Assembly (NCBI RefSeq): GCF_044704955.1
Contig: NC_091995.1
Span: 14,012,001-14,076,000, forward strand
Source of the DNA: Pristiophorus japonicus
Taxonomy: Eukaryota
Direction: 5' to 3'
Length of the DNA: 64,000 bases
Each line of letters starts with the position of its first letter. The stretch's first letter is position 1. The notes beneath the pieces are model-generated. The model made no database searches. It had not been told where the DNA came from and saw only the letters and a list, made by a program, of their open reading frames with translations. This document shows positions 1 to 12,921 of this stretch, piece after piece. The position numbers and the translations under genes are program-made.

Positions 1-908
1 CAGTAATGAACAGTGTGTATATTAGTAATAATTTGATATTCACTCACTGTAATGAACAGTGTGTATATTAGTAACAGTTAGATATTCACTCACTGTAATA
101 AACAGTGTGCATATTAGTAATAGTTTGATATTCACTCACTAATGAACAGTGTGTATATTAGTAATAGTTTGATATTCACGCACTGTAATGAACAGTATGT
201 ATATTAGTAATAGTTTGATATTCACTCACTGTAATGAACAGTGTGTATATTAGTAACAGTTAGATATTCACTCACTGTAATAAATAGTGTGTATATTAGT
301 AATAGTTAGATATTCACTCACAGTAATGAACAGTGTGTATATTAGTAACAGTTAGATATTCACTCACTGTAATAAACAGTGTGTATATTAGTAATAGTTT
401 GATATTCACTCACTGTAATGAACAGTGTGTATATTAGTAATAGTTTGATATTCACGCACTGTAATGAACAGTATGTATATTAGTAATAGTTTGATATTCA
501 CTCACTGTAATAAACAGTGTGTATATTAGTAATAGTTTGATATTCACTCACTGTAATAAACATTGTGTATATTAGTAATAGTTTAATATTCACTCTGTAA
601 TAAACAGTGTGTATATTAGTAATAGTTTGATAGTCACTCACTATAATGAACGGTGTGTATATTAGTAATAGTTTGATATTCACTCACTATAATGAGCAGT
701 GTGTATATTAGTAATAGTTTGATATTCACTCACTGTAATGAACAGTGTGTATATTAGTAATAGTTTGATATTCACACACTGTAATAAACATTGTGTATAT
801 TAGTAATAGTTTGATAGTCACTCACTATAATGAACAGTGTGTATATTAGTAATAGTTTGATATTCATTCACTATGATGAACGGTGTGTATATTAGTAATA
901 GTTACTCA
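1..908. repeat. AT-rich minisatellite, 46-bp unit (CACTGTAATGAACAGTGTGTATATTAGTAATAGTTTGATATTCACT), in intron 1 of the SAPCD-family gene
   Basis: About 19-20 tandem near-identical units; the array runs off the window start and ends at the exon splice donor. Confidence 0.95.
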
Positions 909-909
909 C

Positions 910-1384
910 CCTGTGTCCAGATCCTGCAGTCTGGTCCCGGGCTGTCTGTCCCCTTGCCCCCCAGGTCGCTGTGGCCGGAGGCGGCCAGAGTGGAGCGGTC
1001 GGCTCGGCGCTGCTGCTGGAGCTGCTGCTGGTGCTGGAGCTGGTGCTGGGGTTGCCCGCCCCCCGGACTCGGGCTCTCGCTGTCCTGCTGCAGCGCTGCC
1101 CGGATGCCGCTCAGCAGGCGGGGGAAAGTGAGCTGGCCGCCGCTCGGCTCGGCCGCCCGGCGCAGGCACGGCATCAGCCCGGCGGGCAGCGCCGGCTCTC
1201 CCCCGCCGCCCTCACCCCCGCCAGCCCGCCAGCGGCTCTCGATCTCCCGCAGCTCCACCGCACCCCGGCCCTCCTGGTCCAGGATGTCGAAGAGGATCCG
1301 CAAGCTGAGCAGGAAGGTACGGGGCAGGCAGCGCTCCTGGGGCTGGGGTAGTTCGGGGGGCTCCGCCGCTGCTGCCCGGCTCAT
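910..1384 (-). CDS. SAPCD2: Suppressor APC domain-containing protein (SAPCD2-like), first coding exon
   Basis: LPRTFLLSLRILFDILDQEGRGAVELREIESRW...LPAGLMPCLRRAA...LTFPRLLSGIRAAL matches my recollection of the SAPCD2 N-terminus (LPRAFLQSLRTLFDILDD...LREIESRW). ATG at 1384, G|GTGAGT donor at 910/909 (phase 1), GC-rich island. SAPCD1 versus SAPCD2 orthology is unresolved. Confidence 0.8.
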
Positions 1385-1954
1385 TGCTGCTCAGCAAACC
1401 CCTCCTCCCCGCCCCCCAACAGAGTCCTGCTTCCTACAAACCCCCAAACCCTGAGAGGGATAATCCTGAGAGCCGAGGCAGAGGGTCTGTCTCTCTCTCT
1501 GTCTGTGTGTTGAGCTACAGAAACAACACTGAAAGTGCAGCTGGAAACAAATGACAAAAACCAGCACAAGCGCCAGGGATAGACTGAGAGAGATATAGGC
1601 AGTGACAGATCGACGCATCAGTGAACACTGCGATGGGAAATACAAAATAAATAGACACACAGATAGAAAGACATGTAAAGGTGAGACGGGGACACACACA
1701 CACACACATACACACACAATACTGATAGGGACATAATCAGATAGCTACATTGGAGAGATATTAGAAACAGGTATATAGCCAGCTACAGATAGAGCGATAG
1801 ATAGACTAAAAGAGATTAACAGACATGATTAGAAAACACAAATATATAATAAATACTTATTTTTCCCCCTCCCCACACCTTATAACACTCACTGAAGCGC
1901 CTTGGGACGCTTTACTACGTCGAAGGCGCTATATAAATACAATTTGTTGTTGTT

Positions 1955-2240
1955 GTCATTTAGATAGCGCCTTTCATAACTTCAGGGCTTCCCAAAGTAT
2001 TTTACAGCTAAATAACTCGTTGTTGAGGTGTCGCCTCTGCTGTAATGTACGAAACGCGGCAGCCAATCTGCGCACAGCAAGCTCCCACAAACAGCAATGT
2101 ATTAACGACCAGCTTTTCTTTTTTTTTGTGATGTTGGTTGAGGGATAAATATTGGCCTGCACGCTAGGGTTAACTACCCTGCTCTTCGAAATAGTGCCAT
2201 AGGGGCTTTTATGTCCACATGAGAGAGCAGACGGGTCACG
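1955..2240 (-). mobile_element. Deu-domain tRNA-SINE (SacSINE1-like), 5'-truncated
   Basis: Shares the body and L2-type tail (AAAGGCGCTAT...) with the other SINE copies in the window. Confidence 0.7.
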
Positions 2241-2309
2241 TATACAGAAACAGGAATACATAAATAGACTAATGCACATATTTACCCTGTGTATTTGCAT
2301 CCATCTATC

Positions 2310-2858
2310 TGTCTGACCCACTGCACCACCCAGTTCCAGAGGGGGAAAGGACAGTGTGTGACCCACTGCACCACCCAGTTCCAGAGGGGGAAAGGACAGT
2401 GTGTGACCCACTGCACCACCCAGTTCCAGAGGGGGAAAGGACAGTGTCTGACCCACTGCATCACGCAGTCCAGTGGGGGAAAGGGCAGTGTGTGACCCAC
2501 TGCACCACCCAGTCCCAGAGGGGGAAAGGACAGTGTCTGACCCACTGCACCACCCAGTCCCAGAGGGGGAAAGGGCAGTGTGTGACCCACTGCATCACCC
2601 AGTCCAGAGGGGGAAAGGACAGTGTGTGACCCACTGCACCACCCAGTCCCAGAGGGGGAAAGGACAGTGTCTGACCCACTGCACCACCCAGTCCCAGAGG
2701 GAGGAAAGGACAGTGTGTGACCCACTGTATCATCCAGTCCCAGAGGGGGAAAGGACAGTGTGTGACCCACTGCACCACCCAGTTCCAGAGGGGGAAAGGA
2801 CAGTGTCTGACCCACTGCACCACCCAGTCCCAGAGGGGGAAAGGACAGTGTCTGACCC
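2310..2858. repeat. 45-bp minisatellite (TGACCCACTGCACCACCCAGTCCCAGAGGGGGAAAGGACAGTGTG), left part
   Basis: About 12 tandem units; explains the THCTTQSQRGKGQCV repeat ORFs. Confidence 0.95.
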
Positions 2859-4317
2859 TAGAAATAGTGGATGCATTGGTGATCATTTTCCAACAGTCTA
2901 TCGACTTGGGATCAGTTCCTATTGACTGGAGGGTAGCTAATGTAACACCACTTTTTAAAAAGGGAGGGAGAGAGAAGGCGGTTAATTATAGACTGGTTAG
3001 CCTGACATCAGTGGTGGGGAAAATGTTGGAATCAATTATTAAGGATGAAATAACAGAGCATTTGGAAAGCAGTGACAGGATCGGTCCAAGTCAGCATGGA
3101 TTTATGAAGGGGAAATCATGCTTGACAAATCTTCTGGAATTTTTTGATGATGTAACTAGCAGAGTGACATGGGAGAATCAATGGATGTGGTGTATTTGGA
3201 CTTTCAAAAGGCTTTTGACAAGGTCCCACACAAGAGATTGGTTTGTAAAATCAAAGCACATGGTATTGGGGGTAATATACTGACGTGGATAGAGAACTGG
3301 TTGGCAGACAGGAAGCAGAGAGTTGGGATAAATGGGTCCATTTCACAGTGGCATGCAGTGTCGATTGTAGTGCCGCAGGGCTCAGTGCTGGGACCCCAGC
3401 TCTTTACAATATACATCAATGATTTGGATGAAGGAATTGAGTGTAATATCTCCAAGTTTGCAGATGACACCGGGTGGCGGTGTGAGCTGTGAAGGGGACG
3501 CTAAGAGGCTGCAGGGTGACTTAGACTGGTTGGATGAGTGGGCAAATGCATGGCAGATGCAGTATAATGTGGATAAATGGGGGCAAAAACATGAAGACAG
3601 AATGGTGGCAGATTAGGAAAAGGGGAGGTGCAACGAGATCTGGGTGACATGGTTCATCAGTCATTGAAAGTTGGCATACCGGTGCAGCAGGTGGTGAAGA
3701 AGCTAGGGGATTTGAGTATAGGAGCAGGGAGGTCTTACTGCAGTTGTACAGGACCTTGGTGAGGCCTCACCTGGAATATTGTGTTCAGTTTTGGTCTCCT
3801 AATCTGAGGAAGGATGTTTTTGCTATTGAGGGAGTGCAGCGAAGGTTCACCAGACTGATTCCCGGGATGGCAGGACTCACATATGAGGAGAGACTGGATC
3901 AACTGGGCCTTTATACATTGGAGTTTAGAAGGATGAGAGGGGATCTCATAGAAACATACAAGATTCTGACAGGGTGGGATGGGTTAGTTGCGGGTAGAAT
4001 GTTCCCAATGTTGGGGAAGTCCAGAACCAGGGGACACAGTCTTAGCATAAGGGGTAGGCCATTTAGGACTGAGATGAGGAGAAACTTCTTCACTCAGAGA
4101 GTTGTTAACCTGTGGAATTCCCTGCCGCAGAAAGTTGTTGATGCCAGTTCATTGGATATATTCAAGAGGGAGTTAGATATGGCCCTTACAGCTAAAGGGA
4201 CCAAGGGGTATGGAGAGAAAGCAGGAAAGGGGTACTGAGGTGAATGATCAGTCATGATCTTATCGAAGGGCCAAATGGCCTACTCCTGCACCTATTTTCT
4301 ATGTTTCTATGTTTCTA
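2859..4317 (+). mobile_element. 5'-truncated CR1 (HER1-like) LINE inserted into the minisatellite
   Basis: Frameshifted RT motifs ([44 protein letters not shown]) and a TTTCTATG tail. Confidence 0.92.
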
Positions 4318-4697
4318 TGACCCACTGCACCACCCAGTCCCAGAGGGGGAAAGGACAGTGTCTGACCCACTGTACCACCCAGTCCCAGAGGGGGAAAGGA
4401 CAGTGTGTGACCCACTGCACCACCCAGTCCCAGAGGGGGAAAGGACAGTGTGTGACCCACTGCACCACCCAGTCCCAGAGGGGGAAAGGACAGTGTGTGA
4501 CCCACTGCACCACCCAGTCCCAGAGGGGAAAAGGACAGTTTGTGACCCACTGCACCACCCAATCCCAGAGGGGGAAAGGACAGTGTGTGACCCACTGCAC
4601 CACCCAGTCCCAGAGGGGGAAAGGACAGTGTGTGACCACTGCACCACCCAGTCCCAGAGGGGGAAAGGACAGTGTGTGACCCACTACACTGCCCAGT
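4318..4697. repeat. 45-bp minisatellite, right part
   Basis: Same unit as 2310-2858; resumes directly after the LINE tail. Confidence 0.95.
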
Positions 4698-5009
4698 CTC
4701 CTTTGTAGGTTATGCACTCTAAACATGTGTAGATTTTGCAGTATGATGACAGTGCCCGATAGATTTATTTGGTATTCATTCATAAAGGTCAGGGAATTTG
4801 TCAATTAATTCCAAAATCAGTGGTGTACAATTTGTCAACAGGAAATTCTATTGTGTATTTAGACTTAACACGATCAGAGAACCAATCTTGAAACTAATGG
4901 GCAGGTTTATCTTGTGTCTAATGTTAATTCTTTACATTTTTCTTGATTGTTATCTGCCCCAGACGGGGAAGTGTCAGAACTATTCTAATTGTGAGGTGTC
5001 GAAAATGAC

Positions 5010-5380
5010 AACAACTATAACTTGTATTTATATAGTACTTTTAACATAGCTAAACATTCCAAGGCTCTTCCCAGGAGCGATGATTAAACAACATTTGACA
5101 CCATGCCACATAAGGAAAAATTGGGGCAGCTGACCAAAAGCTTGCTCAAAGAGGTAGGTTTTAAGGAGTAACTTAAAGGAGGACAGGTAGAGAGGTGCAG
5201 AGGTTTTGGGAGGAAATTCCAGAGCTTAGGGGCCCAGGCAGCTGAAGGCGCAGCCAACAATGATGGAGCGATTGAAATCAGGGATGTTCAAGAGGCCAGA
5301 ATTGGAGGAGCGTAGACATCTCGGAGGGGTTGTAGGGCTGGAGAAACTTACAGAGAAGGGGAGGGACGAGACCATGCGGA
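5010..5380 (-). mobile_element. L2 LINE 3' fragment
   Basis: Similar to the L2 3' ends at 28-30 kb (CAAAAGCTTGGTCAAAGAGGTAGGTTTTAAGG motif). Confidence 0.65.
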
Positions 5381-6019
5381 AGCCTTTGCTTATCAGGTGC
5401 TTGAATATTTAGGACGAAAACATAACAATCTGAATTATTAACTTAGCAAGGAAATAGCTGGAATTACAATTAAAACATATTGATGTTTGCACAAAGCGTT
5501 TTCCATAGAAAAGGGATCTGCAGCTACCCCCACCAAATTAGAAAAGGGAATAAAAGCAGCCAGGGCTCCTGATATCAGGAGCAGGCGGGGGAATGGGGCT
5601 AGCTGAGGTGCTCTTGCAGAGAGCTGGCAAGGGCTCGACAGGCCGAATGGCCACATTCTGTGCGGTAACCGTTCTATGATTCTAGGATATCTGGTGAATC
5701 CCCACTGAAGCGTGTAGATGTGTGTGAGGGCGTTATCAAGCTCGACCACGATGGCCTCCACAGTCGAACAGCCCACCGATATTCGCTGTTTGGGCTCATA
5801 CACACGCAGTGAGCATTCCAGTGAAGTACTGGAGAGTTACTGCCTGTCGAATCATCCCCTCAAAAAGAGTCAAAATGAATAAAGAAAGAGAAAATAAAAA
5901 TCCTGGGGATGCTGAAAGGTTGATTTTATGATGGGTGCAGCTAAAAATTTTAGACCTTTAAAAAAAATATAAAACAAAAGATGTAACTTTGTATTAATGT
6001 GAAGGAATTCTGAATAGGA

Positions 6020-6210
6020 TACAAAAACAAAATATTGCGGGTGCTGGAAATCTGGAATATAAATAGAAGCAGTCCCCTTGAAAGGTCATTGACCTGAAAC
6101 GTTAACTCTGTTTCTCTTGCTCTCTCTCTCTCTCCCCCCCACCCCGCCCCCCCCCCCCCGTTCTGCCTGACCTGCTGAATGTTTACAGCATTTTCTGTTT
6201 ATATTTCTGA
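6020..6210. mobile_element. Penelope-like element terminal fragment
   Basis: GAAAGGTCATTGACCTGAAACGTTAACTC and CTGACCTGCTGA...CAGCATTTTCTG motifs; related pieces at about 49110-49225, 52070-52225 and 54218-54280. The family call is from recollection. Confidence 0.45.
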
Positions 6211-6390
6211 CTAGAGTACCTTGTTTTTATTTTTACAAAATGTTACGATAGCAATTACTGCTGCAGATGTGTGCAGATGCCCAAAGCATCTGTCGGGCAT
6301 TGCATCATCTGTCATTGTCACCGTTGTTTTAAACGGCTTAAGCTATTAATGAGCAGAGAAATGGCAATAGACCCGCAGCAGACACCTGCA

Positions 6391-7214
6391 TCATCATCAT
6401 CATCATAGGCAGTCCCTCGGAATTGAGGAAGACTTGCTTCCACTCCTGAAGTGAGGTCTTTTGGTGGCTGAACAGTCCAATACGAGAGCCACAGACTCTG
6501 TCACAAGTGGGACAGATAGTCGTTGAGGGAAGGGGTGGGTGGGACAGGTTTGCCGCACGCTGTTTCCGTTGCCTGCGCTTGATTTCTGCATGTTCTTGGC
6601 ATTGAGACGCGAGGTGCTCAGCGCCCTCCCGGATGCACTTTTTCCACTTGGGGCGGTCTTGGGCCAGGGACTCCCAGGTGTCAGTGGAGATGTCGCACTT
6701 TATCAGGGAGGCTTTGAGGATGTCCTTGTAGCGTTCCCATTGCCCACCTTTGGCTCATTTGCCGTGAAGGAGCTCCGAGTAGAGCACTTGCTTTTGGAGT
6801 CCCGTGTCTGGCATGCGGACTATGTGGCCTGCCCAGCGGAGCTGATCGAGTGTGGTCAATGCTTCAATGCTGGGGATGTTAGCCTGGATGAAGTCGCTGA
6901 TGTTGGTGCGCCTGTCCTCCCAGGGGACTTGTCGGATCTTGCGGAGACATCGTTGGTGATATTTCTCCAGCAACTTGAGGTGTCTGCTGTACATGGTCCA
7001 TGTCTCTGAGCCATACAGGAGGGCGGGTATTACTACAGCCCTGTAGACCATGAGCTTGGTGGCAGTTTTGAGGGCCTGGTATACTCTTTTCCTTAGGCGG
7101 ACGAAGGCTGCACTGGCACACTGGAGGCGGTATTGGATCTCGCCATCGATGCCTGCTCTTGTTGATAGGAGGCTCCCGAGGTATGAGAAGTGGTCCACGG
7201 TGTCCAGGGCCACA
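6391..7214 (-). mobile_element. RTE-clade LINE, 5'-truncated
   Basis: RT C-terminus (FSYLGS, YRAVVIPALLYGSETW, QLRWAGHIVRM), (GAT)n tail, and a probable TSD CAGACA(C/T)CTGCA on both sides. Confidence 0.88.
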
Positions 7215-7469
7215 CAGACATCTGCACCCTGATTGTCACTGACATTGAAGTCTCGCTTCGTAATTTGTTTCATCAGGAAGCACAATAGCACTCTCTGTTG
7301 GCAAGTACATGTCATTACATGAACTAAAAACACAAACACCAGGTGCAGCTTTTTTTAAAGGTCGAAAATTTTTAGCTTCACCTAGCAAGGCTGCCAACCA
7401 TAAAATCAACCTTTCAGCATCCCCAGGATTTCTGCAGCTTCTGACACTTACGCCCTTAAGAGAAAGAGA

Positions 7470-7900
7470 CAACTTGTGGTGCCCTTATAATGTTATATAA
7501 CATCCCAAAGCACTTTACAGCCAATTAAGTACTTTTGAAGTGTACTCGCTGTTGTAATGTCGGAAACGCAGCAGCCAAATTGCACACAGCAAACTTCCAG
7601 AAACAGCAATGTGATAATGGCCAGATAAATATGTTTTTAGTGATGTTGATTGGGGGATAAATATTGACCAGGACACCGGGGATAACTCCCCTGCTCTTCT
7701 TCGAAGTAGTGCCATGGGAACTTTTACGTTCACCTGAGAGAGCAGACGGGGCCTCGGTTTAATATCTCATCTGAAAGACGGCACCTCCGACAGTGCAGCG
7801 CTCCCTCAGCATTGCACTGGGAGTATCGGTCTAGATATTGTACTTAAGTCTCTGGAGTGGGACCCGAAATTATGACTTTCTGACTGTTTGAGCTGACACC
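7470..7900 (-). mobile_element. Deu-domain tRNA-SINE
   Basis: Reverse complement of GGTGCCGTCTTTCAGATGAGA...TAAACCGAGGCCCCGTCTG, the Deu-domain core. Confidence 0.75.
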
Positions 7901-8333
7901 ATGGCCGGAACTTTTACTTTGAAGAGAATGCGGGTTTGCGAGCAGGTGGGAAGCTAAAAGCGCTGAAATCGGCAGTGCGTCGGGAAACCGCCTTCCACCT
8001 TTAACTCGGATGTGTTAGTCATCACGCCAGAGCCCCGCTCGGGAGAGGCGGCTGACCTAATTAAAGTATTTGAGAGATTGTTAATGGGCTAGTGACAGTC
8101 TTTTGAACCTGATGTTGCAGCTTTTACTGGATGTGCACTGGATCCATGGGCCTCCTGAACCTTGCCTGTGAAAGCAAGGTCAGAACTGAGCGGACCTTTT
8201 GTGATCGAACAGTTGAAAAAAAATCACATGCTTCCTTGCACAAGGGGGAATCTAATACAATCACCATTTGTACTGGGAATTTGCTTTCATGAGTTTGCAA
8301 GTAATTTCTAGAATTTCCGAAGCCTCTCTCACT

Positions 8334-9302
8334 CATCATCATCATAGGCAGTCCCTCGAAATCGAGAAAGACTTGCTTCCATTATAAACGTGAGTTCTCA
8401 GATGACTGTACAGTCCAATGCGGGAATTACAGTCTCTGTCACAGGTGGGACAGACAGTGGTTGAAGGAAAGGGTGGGTGGGGAGCCTGGTTTGCCGCACG
8501 CTCCTTCCACTGCCTGCGCTTGTCCTCAGCATGCTCTTGGCGATGAGACTCGAGGTGTTCAGCACCCTCCCAGATGCTCTTCCTTCACTTTGGGCAGTGT
8601 TGGGCCAGAAATTCCCAGGTGCCAGTGGTGATGTTGCACTTTATCAAGGAGGCTTTGAGGATGCCCTTGAAATGTTTGCTCTGCCCATCTGGGGCTCGTC
8701 TGCCATGTAGGAGTTCTGAATAGAGCGCTTGCTTTGGGAGTCTCGTGTCGGGCATGTGGACGATGTGGCCCGCCCAGCGGAGCTGGTTGAGTGTGGTCAG
8801 TGCTCCGATGCTGAGGATGTTGGCCTGATCGAGAACACTGACGTTGGTGCGTCTGTCCTCCCAGTGGATTTGCCGGATCTTGCGGAGGGTGCATTGGTGG
8901 TATTTCTCCAGCGCTTTGAGGTGTCTACTGTATATAGTCCATGTCTCTGAGCCATAGAGGAGGGTGGGTATCACTACAGCCCTGTAGACCATAAGCTTGG
9001 TGCCGGATCCTAAACCGTCTTCTACCTGTGGCTGAAGAGCTCCTCCCAGAGTCACAATGCAGATTCTGTCCACTAATAGGTACAACGGACACGATCTTCA
9101 CCACGCAACAACTACAGGAGAAATGCAGAGAGCAGCACCAACCCTTGTACACAAAGACCTTTGACACTGTCAACCGCGAGGGACTATGGAGCGTCCTCCT
9201 CCGTTTCGGCTGTCCCCAAAAGTTTGTCACCATCCTCCGCCTGCTCCACGACGACATGCAGGCCGTGGTCCTGACCAGCAGATCCACCACAGACTCAATC
9301 CA
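8334..9302 (-). mobile_element. RTE-clade LINE with inverted 5' segment
   Basis: 3' part on minus (8334 to about 9010, GAT tail); upstream RT segment (LPESQC..., FDTVNREGLW) on plus at about 9027-9302; TSD CTCTCACT at 8326-8333 and 9303-9310. Confidence 0.85.
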
Positions 9303-9548
9303 CTCTCACTACATTGGAGGTTAGTGCCTCTGATCTTCACTTTACCCGGCATCTATCGGATCTGCACGGGTGCCGCTTATGCTGTTTCACCTTGGACCTG
9401 CGATTCGAGCCCCAGCAGCAATAACCCCAGCAACATCAGCAGCAACAGCAGCAACAACAGCAGCAGCCTTCTCACCGATCTGGTGCTCCACAGGAGGGAG
9501 GTGACAGACACAGGGGTGCACAACGCTGGAGAGGATATCGTCAACACG

Positions 9549-9985
9549 GTGTCAGCTGTGGTTCAGTGGGTAGCACTCTCTCGCCTCTGAGTCAGAAGAT
9601 TGTGGGGTCAAGTCCCACTCCAGGAACATGAGCACAAAAAAGAGCAGACATCCCAGTGTAGTGCTGAGGGAGTGCTGCACTGTCGGAGGTGCCATCTTTC
9701 AGATGAGATGTTGAAGCAATGTCTGCTCTCTCAGGTGGATGTAAAAGATCCCATAGCACTATTTTCTAAGAGCAGTGGAATTATCCCTGGTGTCTGGCTC
9801 AATATTTATCCCTCAATCAACAGATCAAAAAACAGTTTATCAGGTCATTATCACCTTGCTGTTTGTGGGAGTTTGCTTGTGCACAAATTGGCTGCCGGGT
9901 TGCCTACATTACAACAGTGACAGCACTTCAGAAGTACTTCATTGACTGTAAAGCACTTTGAGATGTCCGGTGGTCATGAAAGATC
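9549..9985 (+). mobile_element. Deu-domain tRNA-SINE, near full length
   Basis: tRNA-like head (GTGGTTCAGTGGGTAGCAC...GGTCAAGTCCC), Deu core and L2-like tail. Confidence 0.8.
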
Positions 9986-10284
9986 ATAAGAAATAAGAAC
10001 AGCAGTAGACCATACGGCCCCTCGAGCCTGCTCCGCCATTCAATAAGATCATGGCTGATCTGATCATGGACTCAGCTCCAAGTCCCCGCCTGCTCCCCAT
10101 AACCCATTATCCCCTGTCTTAAATTTATTCAATGTCCCAGCTTCCACAGCTCTCTGAGGCAGCGAATTCCACAGGCAATATATAAATCCAAGTTTTTCAT
10201 TCTTATATAGCAGAGGGTGAGCTTCCTGCATATGACTGAACAGCAGTGCCTCAGGAGGCTCTGACTATTGTGTCAGGTCATTGC

Positions 10285-11850
10285 AGACATAGAAACATAG
10301 AAAATAGGTGCAGGAGTAAGCCATTCGGCCCTTCAAGCCTGCACCGCCATTCAATAAGATCATGGCTGATCATTCCCTCAGTACCCCTTTCCTGCTTTCT
10401 CTCCATACACCTTGATCCCTTTAGCTGTAAGGGACATATCTAACTTCCTCTTGAATATATCCAATGAACTGGCATCAACAACTCTCTGCGGCAGGGAATT
10501 CCACAGGTTAACAACTCTCTGAGTGAAGAAGTTTCTCCTTATCTCAGTCCTAAATGGCCTACCCCTTATCCTAAGACTGTGTCCACTGCTTCTGGACTTC
10601 CCTAACATCAGAAACATTCATCCCGCATCTAACCTGTCCAGTCCCATCAGAATCTTATATGTTTCTATGAGGTCCCCTCTCATCCTTCTAAACTCCAGTG
10701 TATAAAGGCCCAGTTGATCCAGTCTCTCCTCATATGTCAGTCCAGCCATCCCTGGAATCAGTCTGGTGAACCTTCGCTGCACTCCCTCAGTAGCAAATCC
10801 CCTTGCTATGAAGGTCAACATACCATTTGCCTTCTTCACCGCCTGCTGTATATGCATGCCAACTTTCAGTGACTGATAGAAACATAGAAAAACATAGAAA
10901 ATAGGTGCAGGAGCAGGCCATTCAGCCCTTCTAGCCTGCACCGCCATTCAATGAGTTCATGGCTGAACATGAAACTTCAGTACCCCCTTCCTGCTTTCTC
11001 GCCATAACCCTTGATCCCCCGCGTAGTAAGGACTTCATCTAACTCCCTTTTGAATATATTTAGTGAATTGGCCTCAACTACTTTCTGTGGTAGAGAATTC
11101 CACAGGTTCACCACTCTCTGGGTGAAGAAGTTTCTCCTCATCTCGGTCCTAAATGGCTTACCCCTTATCCTCAGACTGTGACCCCTGGTTCTGGACTTCC
11201 CCAACATTGGGAACATTCTTTCTGCATCTAACCTGTCTAAACCCGTCAGAATTTTAAACGTTTCTATGAGGTCCCCTCTCATTCTTCTGAACTCCAGTGA
11301 ATACAAGCCCAGTTGATCCAATCTTTCTTGATAGGTCAGTCCCGCCATCCCGGGAATCAGTCTGGTGAACCTTCGCTGCACTCCCTCAATAGCAAGAATG
11401 TCCTTCCTCAAGTTAAGAGACCAAAACTGTACACAATACTCCAGGTGTGGCCTCACCAAGGCCCTGTACAACTGTAGCAACACCTCCCTGCCCCTGTATT
11501 CAAATCCCCTCGCTATGAAGGCCAACATGCCATTTGCTTTCTTAACTGCCTGCTGTATATGATGAACCATGACACCCAGGTTCTGCTGCACCTCACCTTT
11601 TCCTAATCTGCCGCCATTCAGATAATATTCTGCCTTCGTGTTTTTGCCCCCAAAGTGGATAACCTCACATTTATCCACATTACACTGCATCTGCTATGTA
11701 TTTGCCCATTCGCCTAACCTGTCCAAGTCACCCTGCAGCCTCTTAGTGTCCTCCTCACAGCTCACACCGCCACCCAGTTTAGTGTCATCTGCAAACTTGG
11801 AGATATTACACTCAATTCCATCATCTAAATCATTAATGTATATTGTAAAG
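10285..11850 (-). mobile_element. Two tandem CR1 (HER1-like) LINE 3' fragments
   Basis: RT C-terminal ORFs 10378-10947 and 10977-11690, each with a TTTCTATG tail; AGACAT occurs at both outer flanks. Confidence 0.9.
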
Positions 11851-12467
11851 ACATTTGTAGACTGCTGGAAGAAGACCTGTTGCCAAGCGGACCTGGTGCC
11901 AGTGGCTGTCAAAGTCACCACTGCCCTCAACTTCTTCACCTTAGGCTCCTTCCAGGGATCTGCAGCAGACGTTAGCAGGATCCCACAGTCGGCCACCCAC
12001 AATGCATCACACAGATGACTGATGCCATGTTTCACAAGTCAGCCAATTATATCAACTTTGCCACTGATGAAACCAGTCAGACTGAGCGGGCGCTGGGCTT
12101 TGTGGCTCTGGCTGCCTTCCCACAGGTGCAGGGCACCATCGATTGCAGATGCGTGCCCGTCAAGGCACCCCCCAGATCACCGAGGTGTATTTGTGACCCG
12201 GAAGGGCCTCCACTCCCTCAATGTGCAGCTCGTCTGCAACCACAAAAAGATCATCATGTACATGTGTGTGACAGATTCCCAAGGAGCTGCCATGATTCAT
12301 TCATCCTGCACCAGTCCACCCTCCTTCAACTCTTCACACCTCCAACCAGACTTACCGGTTGGCTGCTTGGAGACAAGGGGTATCAGCTGATGACACCCTT
12401 GAGGAGGCCAAACAATGAGGCCGAAGTGCACTACAGTCAAAGCCACATAATGACCAGACGTGTGATA

Positions 12468-12921
12468 GAAAGACTTAGATTTATATAGCGCCTTTCGGAC
12501 GTCTCAAAGTGCTTTACATCCAATGGAGTACTTTTGTAGTCACTGTTGTAATGTAGAAAATGCAGCAGCCAATTTGCGCACAGCAAGCTCCCACAAACAG
12601 CAATGTGATAATGACCGGATAATCTGTTTTTGTGATGTTGATTGAGGGATAAATATTGGCCAAGGATACTGGGGATAACTCCCCTGCTCTTCTTCAAAAT
12701 AGTGCCATGGGATCTTTTACATCCACCTAAGGGAGCAGACAGGGCCTCGCTTTAACATCTCTTTCCAAAGATGGCACATTCTGGCACTGCAGCGCCCCCT
12801 TAGTACTGCACTGGAGTGTCAGCCTAGATGTTTTTGTGCTTAAGTTGCTGGAGTGGGACTTAAACCCACAACCTTCTGATTCAGAAGTGAGTGTGCTACC
12901 CACTGAGCCACAGCTGACACT
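12468..12921 (-). mobile_element. Deu-domain tRNA-SINE inside the Harbinger transposase
   Basis: Head, Deu core and tail are all visible on the minus strand. Confidence 0.8.

Noticed and set aside
873-1454. Plus-strand ORFs over the SAPCD exon
   Set aside because: Antisense shadows of a GC-rich coding exon.
2282-4804. Cys/His-rich repeat ORFs (THCTTQSQRGKGQCV)n and a superficially CRISPR-like array
   Set aside because: These are translations of a 45-bp minisatellite with no unique spacers, split by a LINE, in eukaryotic DNA.
9549-9625. tRNA-like sequences
   Set aside because: They are SINE heads, continuous with the Deu core and tail, not tRNA genes.
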